NCBI RefSeq assembly: GCF_003010495.1
Contig: NZ_CP027570.1
Coordinates: forward strand, 360,001-392,000
Source: Megasphaera elsdenii DSM 20460
GTDB lineage: Bacteria; Bacillota; Negativicutes; Veillonellales; Megasphaeraceae
Reading direction: 5' to 3'
Length of the DNA: 32,000 bases
The translations under genes were made by a program, and so were the position numbers. The notes under the pieces were generated by a model. That model saw only the letters and a program-made list of their open reading frames with translations. It had not been told where the DNA came from and did not search any database. Below, piece after piece: positions 25,550 through 32,000 of this stretch. How positions within the stretch are numbered: the first letter of the stretch is position 1; the number at the start of each line of letters is the position of its first letter.

Positions 25550-26835
25550 TTACGCACTGGGAAGGTGGCGGCGGCGTGGCCCATGATGGTGACTTTATAG
25601 TTTTCCGGCAAGTTTTTCTGGGCCTTTTCCCAGGCTTCTTCCAGGGTAGCTGCCGGGATGAGGCCGCTGTGGCGGATGATGTCGAAGTTTTCCGGCCGCG
25701 TGACGACGTAGGCTTCTTTCAGGGACCGGAAGATACAGTGCGATTTGAAGGCAACGAAGGCCGGGATGGAAAAATCGGCCCGCAGGTCCTTTTCAAAGGC
25801 GTCCATATCGCTGCGGAAGAACCAGTCCGTAAAGATGGCCGGTTCCTTGATGTCCGGGCAGTCCAGGGTCAGAATCATCGTGCCGCCCGGTTTGGTGGCG
25901 AAGACGGCATTCATCGGCGCTTTCATGCTCTGATAGAGGTTCATGTCCTTGGGATAGCCGCCAGCCGAAGCAATGGTGATATCTGCCAGGTCCTGGATGG
26001 GTACGCTGGCGATGTGCAGCAAGTCGTCACAACCTTTTTTCCAGGCTTCGTACCAGTGGCCGCCGACGACTTCATAGAGGTCGCCGTCTGCCGAAAAGAC
26101 CGTATTGACCAGGAAACAAGGATTGAGCAGGGCTGCGGCCTGCTTCATATCGTCATGGAGGGGATTATCTTCCAAAAGGCTCGTTTCACATTTAGGATTG
26201 CAGCCGCCGCCGAAGGTTTCCGTCAAGGCCATGGCGTGGTTGCGCATGATCGTTTCATAACTGGCAACGCCTGGCAGGACGGCTTTGCGGCCGCCGCCAA
26301 ACCCGGCCATGGGATGGAAGGACACGGCACCGGTCAAGATGACCTTGTCGGCCTGGACGACGTGCGAATTGAGATAGACGTCATTGCCATAGGTGGTCGT
26401 CCCGATTTTGGTCAGCTGGGAGGCATCGCGGCAGTCATGGCTGACGATCTTTACGCGCTTGACCATGTCTGCACCGCAGACGATGGCATCTTCTTCCGGC
26501 GTATGGGCCCGATGCGTCCCCTGGGCCGTGACGACCGTAATCTGGTCATCCTTGACGCCGGCCTGGTTCAATTCATCGACGATGATGGGCAGCATCTGGG
26601 CCGTATGGACCAGGCGGGTAATATCGCTGACGACAATGGCGACCGTATCGCCGGCCTGGACGACATCTTTCAAAGGCGCGCTGCCAATAGGATGGCGCAG
26701 GGCCTGGCGGATGGCAGCCTGTTCATCGGCGACGGCGTCGACATGGTTGCCGTGCAGGTCATATAATACGTGTGCTTCATCGAGTGAAACAGTCTGTGTG
26801 CTCTTCCCAAAAGGAAGAGAAAAAGTCTTCATCAT
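25546..26835 (-). CDS. larA: nickel-pincer-cofactor-dependent lactate racemase LarA family (DUF2088)
   Basis: 429 aa from the ATG at 26833-26835, with AAAGAGGGG upstream. LarA-type motifs: ..VTAQGTHRAHTPEE.., ..FHPMAGFGGGRKAVLPG.. (cofactor-tethering Lys context) and ..IMRNHA... The GTG-initiated extension in the track overlaps the upstream small ORF and is rejected. Confidence 0.82.
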   Translation of the reverse strand: MMKTFSLPFGKSTQTVSLDEAHVLYDLHGNHVDAVADEQAAIRQALRHPIGSAPLKDVVQAGDTVAIVVSDITRLVHTAQMLPIIVDELNQAGVKDDQITVVTAQGTHRAHTPEEDAIVCGADMVKRVKIVSHDCRDASQLTKIGTTTYGNDVYLNSHVVQADKVILTGAVSFHPMAGFGGGRKAVLPGVASYETIMRNHAMALTETFGGGCNPKCETSLLEDNPLHDDMKQAAALLNPCFLVNTVFSADGDLYEVVGGHWYEAWKKGCDDLLHIASVPIQDLADITIASAGGYPKDMNLYQSMKAPMNAVFATKPGGTMILTLDCPDIKEPAIFTDWFFRSDMDAFEKDLRADFSIPAFVAFKSHCIFRSLKEAYVVTRPENFDIIRHSGLIPAATLEEAWEKAQKNLPENYKVTIMGHAAATFPVRK

Positions 26836-26867
26836 AAAAAACCCCTCTTTACTATAAAATAATAGTT

Positions 26868-27029
26868 TTAGAACAAGTTCCACCGTCCCATGTACAAGGC
26901 GACCAGGGAGCGGATGAACAGACAGACAAACAAGATGTACGTCAGGATATACAAAAAGTTTTCAAAATCATCCATGTGTTCTGACTTTTCGTGGACATGG
27001 CGGAAATGATTCAAGAGAAAATGTCCCAT
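26868..27029 (-). CDS. unannotated 53-aa His-rich single-pass membrane protein (hypothetical)
   Basis: Below the ORF-track cutoff. Hand translation: MGHFLLNHFRHVHEKSEHMDDFENFLYILTYILFVCLFIRSLVALYMGRWNLF*. The ATG at 27027-27029 lies 20 nt after the GntR stop, with GGAAAGGAAG upstream. The TAA at 26868-26870 lies 32 nt before the larA ATG. 5 His in the first 18 residues, followed by a hydrophobic helix of about 22 aa. Confidence 0.4.
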   Translation of the reverse strand: MGHFLLNHFRHVHEKSEHMDDFENFLYILTYILFVCLFIRSLVALYMGRWNLF

Positions 27030-27049
27030 CCCATGGTCGCTTCCTTTCC

Positions 27050-27790
27050 TTATTCGCCTTTATGGGGAAACAATTCATGAACGCGGCGGGCCGATTCTTC
27101 ATCCTTACTGATGCCCTTCAGCAAGGTCCGTTCGGAATTTTCCATATGCTTCTTGGCCACTTTCCGGGCCATGGCACTATTGTGTTCGGCAATGTTTTCG
27201 ACCATCTGCCGATGTTCTTCCCAGGTCGCGGCCAGGCGGCCCGGATAGTGCATGGAAATGGAACGGAAGCGCAGCATCTGTTCGCGCAGATTGTTGAGGA
27301 TATCGACGAGGCGCTGGTTACGGCTGGCGTGATAGAGGACGTCGTGGAAACGGACATCGGCATCGACGATCTTATCAAATTCGTCATTGTCGATATATTC
27401 GTTGATCTCGACGAGAATCCGTTCCAGGTATTCCAGCTCGTCCGGCGTGATCCGTTCGGCAGCCAGGCCGGCAGCCAGTTCTTCCAGGGCACTGCGGATT
27501 TCAAAGACCTGGGCAATATCCTTCAAGGAAATATCTGCAACATACGTCCCGCGCCGGGGAACCATGACGACGAAGCCTTCCAGTTCCAATTTGCGGATAG
27601 CCTCGCGGATCGGCGTCCGGCTGACGCCGAGCTCATCGGCCAGCTGGATTTCCATGAGCCGTTCCCCCGGCTTGAGCACGCCGTCCTTGATGGCCTGGCG
27701 CAGCGTTTCGCTGACCACTTCGCGCAGCGGTTTATAAGCATCTAATTTAATCGGTTCCAATGCATGCTGTCTTTTTGTCGTTTTCATCAT
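27050..27790 (-). CDS. GntR-family transcriptional regulator, FadR subfamily (FCD domain)
   Basis: 246 aa from the ATG at 27788-27790, with GAAGGTGA 8 nt upstream, 1 nt after the ispE TAG. Winged HTH ..LADELGVSRTPIREAIRKLELEGFV.. plus an all-helical FCD-type C-domain. Confidence 0.88.
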   Translation of the reverse strand: MMKTTKRQHALEPIKLDAYKPLREVVSETLRQAIKDGVLKPGERLMEIQLADELGVSRTPIREAIRKLELEGFVVMVPRRGTYVADISLKDIAQVFEIRSALEELAAGLAAERITPDELEYLERILVEINEYIDNDEFDKIVDADVRFHDVLYHASRNQRLVDILNNLREQMLRFRSISMHYPGRLAATWEEHRQMVENIAEHNSAMARKVAKKHMENSERTLLKGISKDEESARRVHELFPHKGE

Positions 27791-27791
27791 T

Positions 27792-28658
27792 CTAGGCTTC
27801 ACCTTCCACTCGTTTCACAACCTTTGTCACATAGGCGTCGACGTCTCGCCACGAAGCCGCCTGACGCCGTATCTCCCCTTCCCGCTCCGGCGGGACCAGG
27901 GCAAAGACCGTCGGTCCGCTGCCGGCCATGAGCGGCCGCAATCCTGACGAGGACAGGAGCTGCTGACAACGGGCGACTTCGGGCACATCGGGAATGACCA
28001 GTTCTTCAAAAGTATTGCCCATCGAAGCCGTCAGGGCCTGGAAATCACTGCGGCAGACAGCGCGTTCTACGGCATCGACATCGATGGGCTTCGTTCTTTC
28101 CCGGCTGTCGAATAAGGCATAGGCCTTCTTCGTCTGTACCGCGGCATGAGGATGGACGATGACGACGGGCCAGTCCGGCAGGGGCGGCAGCTCCCGCAGC
28201 TCTTCGCCGATACCGGTCCCGCGCATGGTCCCGCCGCAGATGCAGAAAGGTACATCGGCACCGAGGCCGGTCCCGATATGACAGAGGTCTGCCTGAGACA
28301 ATCCCAGGCCCCACAGGCGGTTGAGACCGCGCAGGACAGCGGCGCAATCGGTACTGCCGCCAGCCAGGCCGGCGGCAATGGGGATATTTTTTTCGATATG
28401 GATGGCGACTGGCTGATTGTCCTTTTTATATGGACAAAGTGCTTGCCAGGCCTTGTACGCTAAATTCGTTTCATCGCAGGCCAGTCCCGGGACCGAGCAA
28501 GTGAGCTGCCATTCATCGGCGTCCTGCAAGGTCACGGTATCACAAAGGCCGATAGATTGAAAGACGGTATCAATATCGTGATAACCATCGGAACGACGGC
28601 CGGTTATCGCCAAGGCCAGATTAATTTTTCCGTATCCTGTTTCTACTATTTTAGTCAT
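27792..28658 (-). CDS. ispE: 4-(cytidine 5'-diphospho)-2-C-methyl-D-erythritol kinase IspE
   Basis: 288 aa. GHMP kinase motif PIAAGLAGGSTDCAAVL and N-terminus ..GKINLALAITGRRSDGYH... Confidence 0.93.
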   Translation of the reverse strand: MTKIVETGYGKINLALAITGRRSDGYHDIDTVFQSIGLCDTVTLQDADEWQLTCSVPGLACDETNLAYKAWQALCPYKKDNQPVAIHIEKNIPIAAGLAGGSTDCAAVLRGLNRLWGLGLSQADLCHIGTGLGADVPFCICGGTMRGTGIGEELRELPPLPDWPVVIVHPHAAVQTKKAYALFDSRERTKPIDVDAVERAVCRSDFQALTASMGNTFEELVIPDVPEVARCQQLLSSSGLRPLMAGSGPTVFALVPPEREGEIRRQAASWRDVDAYVTKVVKRVEGEA

Positions 28659-28693
28659 ACTTCCACTCCGTGTATAAAATGTGCATTGTCTTA

Positions 28694-28721
28694 TTGATTA
28701 AAATTTTTCCTATGTTATAAT
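28694..28721 (+). promoter_or_regulatory. putative sigma-70 promoter (extended -10) for yitT paralog 2
   Basis: TTGATT (28694-28699), 16-nt spacer, TGT TATAAT (TATAAT at 28716-28721). This implies a 5' UTR of about 125 nt. Confidence 0.4.
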
Positions 28722-28793
28722 GAGACGACAGCAGGGAGCTGCGCCATTTCCGCATCCTCTCTGAGTGCACACTTTCATCATTATACTATAATG

Positions 28794-28822
28794 ATTATAC
28801 CGTTTTTTCCTTTACTTTACAA
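28794..28822 (-). promoter_or_regulatory. putative sigma-70 promoter for ispE
   Basis: On the minus strand: TTGTAA (28817-28822), 17-nt spacer, TATAAT (28794-28799). This implies a 5' UTR of about 130 nt that would overlap the divergent yitT leader. Confidence 0.35.
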
Positions 28823-28852
28823 TTCTTCATTCATTACGGAGGAAAAAAAATT

Positions 28853-29788
28853 ATGAAAACCCTGACTTCACACACGCTTTGGGAATTAGCCGTCCCCTAC
28901 CTGGCGTCCTTCGTCGGCAGCCTGGTCGTCGCCATCGGCATGAATGCCTTCTTCATCCCCTTCCATTTGCTGAGCAGCGGCCTCAGCGGGGCAGCCATCA
29001 TGATTTACTTCCTGACAGGCCTGCCCGTCGGCATCGGTATCTTCATCCTCAACATCCCGATCATGATTGCCTGTTATAAATTCATGGGCCGCCGCTATAC
29101 GGTCCTGAGCATCGTCGGCACGATCATGCTCTCGGTCCTGGTCGATGCAACGGCCTTCCTGTCGACGTGGAACATCATGCACGATGCCATGCTCTCGTCC
29201 ATTACGGGCGGCATCCTGGCCGGCATCGGCTTCGGCATCATCTATAAATACAACGGCAACAGCGGCGGCCTGGACGTCATCGGCGCCATCGTCAAGAAAT
29301 ATTATTCCCTGGAAATGGGCACGGTCACGATGATCCTCAATCTGGTCATCCTCCTGGCGGCCGCCTGGCTCTTCTCCCTGGAACGGGCCGTCCTGACTTT
29401 CGTCGCCATTTACATTGCAGCCTTCATTACCAACAAGGTCGTCATCGGCCTCAAACAGCGTAAAAGCGTCATCATCATTTCCAACCGGGCTACGCCGATC
29501 GCCCAGGTCCTCATGCGCTACGTCGGCCACGGCGCCACCTATCTCCACGGCCAGGGAGCTTACACCATGCAGGACAAACGGGTCATCTACGCCGTCATCA
29601 AGCTGACGGAAGTGGCCAAGGTCAAGGAAATCGTCAACAAACTCGACCCGCAGGCCTTCATGATCATCAGCGACGCTTCGGAAGTCGTAGGCCGGGGCTT
29701 CACGACATCGCCCGTCAAATACCACCAGTATCCCGGCGATGCCCTCTCCATGCCGCATACAAAAAAAAACATGCCGCCGGAATACTAG
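28853..29788 (+). CDS. YitT-family membrane protein with DUF2179-like C-terminal domain (paralog 2)
   Basis: 311 aa. GGAGGA 9 nt upstream of the ATG. Same architecture as 342-1178 (..HGQGAYTMQDKRVIYAVIKLTEVAKVKEIV..), plus a roughly 30-aa C-terminal tail. Confidence 0.85.
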   Translation: MKTLTSHTLWELAVPYLASFVGSLVVAIGMNAFFIPFHLLSSGLSGAAIMIYFLTGLPVGIGIFILNIPIMIACYKFMGRRYTVLSIVGTIMLSVLVDATAFLSTWNIMHDAMLSSITGGILAGIGFGIIYKYNGNSGGLDVIGAIVKKYYSLEMGTVTMILNLVILLAAAWLFSLERAVLTFVAIYIAAFITNKVVIGLKQRKSVIIISNRATPIAQVLMRYVGHGATYLHGQGAYTMQDKRVIYAVIKLTEVAKVKEIVNKLDPQAFMIISDASEVVGRGFTTSPVKYHQYPGDALSMPHTKKNMPPEY

Positions 29789-29802
29789 GCGCCTGCGGCG
29801 CT

Positions 29803-29893
29803 GTGGGTCGTTTGCCGTGGGTCGTGGACCGTGGCGAACGTGCCTGCGGCCGTTCGTTGTTCGTCGTTGGTCGTTCATCGTTCGTCGTTGGGA
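29803..29893. repeat. degenerate heptamer tandem array (13 units)
   Basis: GTGGGTC GTTTGCC GTGGGTC GTGGACC GTGGCGA ACGTGCC TGCGGCC GTTCGTT GTTCGTC GTTGGTC GTTCATC GTTCGTC GTTGGGA. 11 of 13 units start with GT, and there is no phase slip over 91 nt. Confidence 0.8.
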
Positions 29894-29948
29894 AACGGGC
29901 TCGCTGACACATCGCCTGGTGAAGAACCCCTCCGACCCTGACGGGCCA

Positions 29949-29968
29949 CCTCCCCTTCGCAGGGGAGG
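29949..29968. other. GC-rich stem-loop
   Basis: CCTCCCC TTCGCA GGGGAGG: perfect 7-bp stem with no adjacent U-tract. Confidence 0.5.
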
Positions 29969-29970
29969 CT

Positions 29971-29991
29971 CAACGAACCACGAACCACGGC
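29971..29991. repeat. inverted partner of the heptamer array
   Basis: CAA CGAACCA CGAACCA CGGC. Its reverse complement CCGTGGT TCGTGGT TCGTTG matches CCGTGGG TCGTGGA CCGTGGC at 29815-29835. Confidence 0.6.
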
Positions 29992-30034
29992 ATAAAAAAA
30001 AGCTGCGCATCAATTGCGCAGCTTTTTTTATGCC
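29988..30034. terminator. bidirectional rho-independent terminator between the convergent yitT paralog and phoU
   Basis: GGCATAAAAAAAAGCTGCGCA TCAAT TGCGCAGCTTTTTTTATGCC. Near-perfect palindrome with 20-21-nt arms (A8 versus T7 tracts), containing a 9-bp GC-rich stem. Confidence 0.9.
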
Positions 30035-30036
30035 TA

Positions 30037-30687
30037 TTATAATCTGATTTCGTTGGTATCGCGATAGATGAGCCATTCGGCGATATTGTTGGCGTGGTCG
30101 GCCATGCGTTCGATGTATTTGACGACCAGGACCAGGTCGATGTAGTCCTTGGAGTTTTCCGGATGGGCCGTCATTTCGGCAGCCAGCGTTTCCATGAGGT
30201 TGTTGAAGGCCTGGTCGACGATATCGTCTTTATCGCGCATGAGGCTGGCCTGGGACGAAGTGCCCCGCTTTTTATAGAAATCAATGACATCGCTGACCAT
30301 AGAGGCCATGACGCCGTACATTTCCTTAATGCCCTGCGGCAAGGGTACGTTGTGATGAGTCTGTTCCAAATGGATGACGTAGTGGCTGATGTCGGCGCAA
30401 TGATCGGCAATGCGTTCTAAGTCGGAGAGGATTTTCAACGTCGCCATCAAGCTCCGGTAATCAGCCGCTACGGGACCCTGCATCATACTGATGGTCAAGT
30501 CTTTCTTCATGCAGTTCTTGACCAGTTCATCGATGACGTCATCGCCATCGTAGATACGCTGGGCCAGTTCGATATCTTTCTGTTCCAGCGCCTTCCAGGC
30601 ATTATCGACGGCCTGTTCGACCTTTATGCCCAAGTTGATCATATCGTTTTTCAATTCTGCTACGGATTTTTCGTAAATTTCCAGCAT
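30037..30687 (-). CDS. phoU: phosphate signalling complex protein PhoU
   Basis: 216 aa. Two PhoU repeats with ERIADHCADI and ERMADHANNIAE. GGAGGA 9 nt upstream of the ATG. Confidence 0.93.
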   Translation of the reverse strand: MLEIYEKSVAELKNDMINLGIKVEQAVDNAWKALEQKDIELAQRIYDGDDVIDELVKNCMKKDLTISMMQGPVAADYRSLMATLKILSDLERIADHCADISHYVIHLEQTHHNVPLPQGIKEMYGVMASMVSDVIDFYKKRGTSSQASLMRDKDDIVDQAFNNLMETLAAEMTAHPENSKDYIDLVLVVKYIERMADHANNIAEWLIYRDTNEIRL

Positions 30688-30704
30688 AAGTGCCTTTCCT
30701 CCTC

Positions 30705-31460
30705 TTAACCGAAACGGCCGGTAATGTATTCTTCCGTCTTGGGATTGGACGGATTGGTGAACATATTCAAAGTATTATCGTATTCAATGAGTTCGCCTAA
30801 GAGGAAAAATGCCGTCTTATCGGAAATGCGGCGGGCTTGCTGCATGCTGTGTGTGACAATGACGATCGTATATTTTTCCTTCAGTTCTAAGGCCAGGTCT
30901 TCGATTTTCTGCGTCGAAATCGGGTCCAAAGCAGATGTCGGTTCGTCCATGAGGATGACCGATGGATCGGCTGCTAACGTACGGGCGATACAGAGACGCT
31001 GCTGCTGACCACCAGAGAGGCCGAGGGCGCTCTTACTGAGGCGGTCTTTCATTTCATCCCAGCAGGCAGCCTGGCGCAGGCTCTTTTCGACGATGGCGTC
31101 GAGCTGCTTCTTATCTTTGATGCCCTGGATGCGCGGACCATAAGCGATATTTTCATAGATGCTCTTCGGGAACGGCGTCGGCTGCTGGAAGACCATGCCG
31201 ACACGGTAGCGCAGGGCCAAAGGGTCGACTTCTTTGAAGATATCTTTGCCTTCAAAGCGGATATCCCCAGTAACCCGACAGCCTTCAACCCAGTCGTTCA
31301 TGCGGTTCAGTGTCTTGAGGAATGTCGATTTGCCGCAGCCAGACGGGCCGATGAGAGCCGTGATTTCATTCTTCTTAATCTTCATGTTGATGTCTTTCAA
31401 GGCCTGGAAATCATTATAAAAGAGATCCATATGGCTGACATCGAAGGTATATTCTGACAT
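30705..31460 (-). CDS. pstB: phosphate ABC transporter ATP-binding protein PstB
   Basis: 251 aa. [39 protein letters not shown] overlap with the pstA stop. Confidence 0.96.
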   Translation of the reverse strand: MSEYTFDVSHMDLFYNDFQALKDINMKIKKNEITALIGPSGCGKSTFLKTLNRMNDWVEGCRVTGDIRFEGKDIFKEVDPLALRYRVGMVFQQPTPFPKSIYENIAYGPRIQGIKDKKQLDAIVEKSLRQAACWDEMKDRLSKSALGLSGGQQQRLCIARTLAADPSVILMDEPTSALDPISTQKIEDLALELKEKYTIVIVTHSMQQARRISDKTAFFLLGELIEYDNTLNMFTNPSNPKTEEYITGRFG

Positions 31461-32000
31461 TATTTATTTCCTCCCATTTTCTTGTCAATTCGATAGCTGA
31501 GATAGCGTGCAGCCAGGCTGAAGACGAGGACCATGACCATCAGGATGGCCGACGACGCAGCTGCCTGCTGGGCCGCATCGGCATGAAGAGCTTCCGTGCG
31601 CAGGGCCCAGATGTGCAGGGCCAGGGTTTCGCCGGGACGGAAGGGATTGAGGGGACACGACGTGGCCGTAATATCCCAGTTCGTCCAGTCGATATCCGTC
31701 GACATACCGGCCGTGAACATCAGGGCTGCGGCTTCACCGAAGCCACGGCCAGCGGCCAGGATGAGGCCGGTCATGATGCGCGGGAAGCAGGCCGGCAAGA
31801 GGACATGCCAGATGGTCTGCCAATGCGAGGCCCCCAGGCCCAGGCTGCCGTTACGGTAGCTCGACGGCAAGTTGCGCAGGGCGTCTTCGGTGACGGACGT
31901 GACCAAAGGCAGGGTCAGGATGGATACGGCCATGGCGCCGGCCATGAGGTTCCATTGGGAACCGGTCATGACGATGAAGACCAGGTAGCCGAACAGGCCG
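31460..32000 (-). CDS. pstA: phosphate ABC transporter permease PstA (N-terminus outside the window)
   Basis: The frame stays open upstream of the track ATG to the window edge (..[16 protein letters not shown]..). BPD-type permease with an EAA-like loop (..[13 protein letters not shown]..). Lies directly upstream of pstB. Confidence 0.88.
   Translation of the reverse strand, partial: GLFGYLVFIVMTGSQWNLMAGAMAVSILTLPLVTSVTEDALRNLPSSYRNGSLGLGASHWQTIWHVLLPACFPRIMTGLILAAGRGFGEAAALMFTAGMSTDIDWTNWDITATSCPLNPFRPGETLALHIWALRTEALHADAAQQAAASSAILMVMVLVFSLAARYLSYRIDKKMGGNK

Noticed and set aside
29803-29893. Possible CRISPR array or coding tandem repeat.
   Set aside because: The units are 7 nt with no spacers, which is far too short for CRISPR repeats. 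There are no cas genes, and a 7-nt period cannot maintain a reading frame.
29739-30047. ORFs crossing the repeat-rich spacers: 102 aa at 29739-30047(+), 65 aa at 29715-29912(-) and 60 aa at 25284-25466(-).
   Set aside because: They are composed of heptamer arrays and hairpin arms, giving R/P/G-rich nonsense. They lack SD sites and run through strong terminators.

Overview
This 32-kb window looks like a diderm Firmicute (Negativicutes-type; Megasphaera or a relative is only an inference). GC is about 55%, Shine-Dalgarno sites are strong GGAGG-type, and 32 of 34 genes lie on the minus strand. The core is a lipid A / Kdo / LPS-export cluster. It comprises lpxC-fabZ, a separately spaced lpxA, and a 14-gene, 13.4-kb gap-free run: lpxI-lpxB-msbA-waaA-lpxK-kdsB-kdsA-kdsD-kdsC-late acyltransferase-lptC-lptA-lptB-lptF/G. 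Downstream of this run is an uncharacterised operon encoding a DUF3084 coiled-coil membrane protein, a RuvC/YqgF-like nuclease and a YitT protein. Upstream lie argG-argH, a monofunctional peptidoglycan glycosyltransferase and a flavodoxin-like gene. Next comes a lactate module: ispE, a GntR regulator, an unannotated 53-aa His-rich membrane ORF, larA and an FAD D-lactate dehydrogenase. A second yitT paralog and phoU-pstB-pstA' complete the window. No rRNA, tRNA, CRISPR array or transposase gene was seen. The most unusual content is non-coding. Almost every intergenic gap over 100 bp carries related repeats. These are terminator hairpins with a shared apex (TGTCGCAYGAMGACA), a roughly 65-150-nt composite palindromic element in three copies, a GTAG-headed REPIN-like inverted doublet, and degenerate tandem arrays with strict 7-nt periodicity (up to 13 units). 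Candidate ArgR and Fur operators and several sigma-70-type promoters are also proposed. All functional calls come from reading the translations and motifs by eye; no database search was run.
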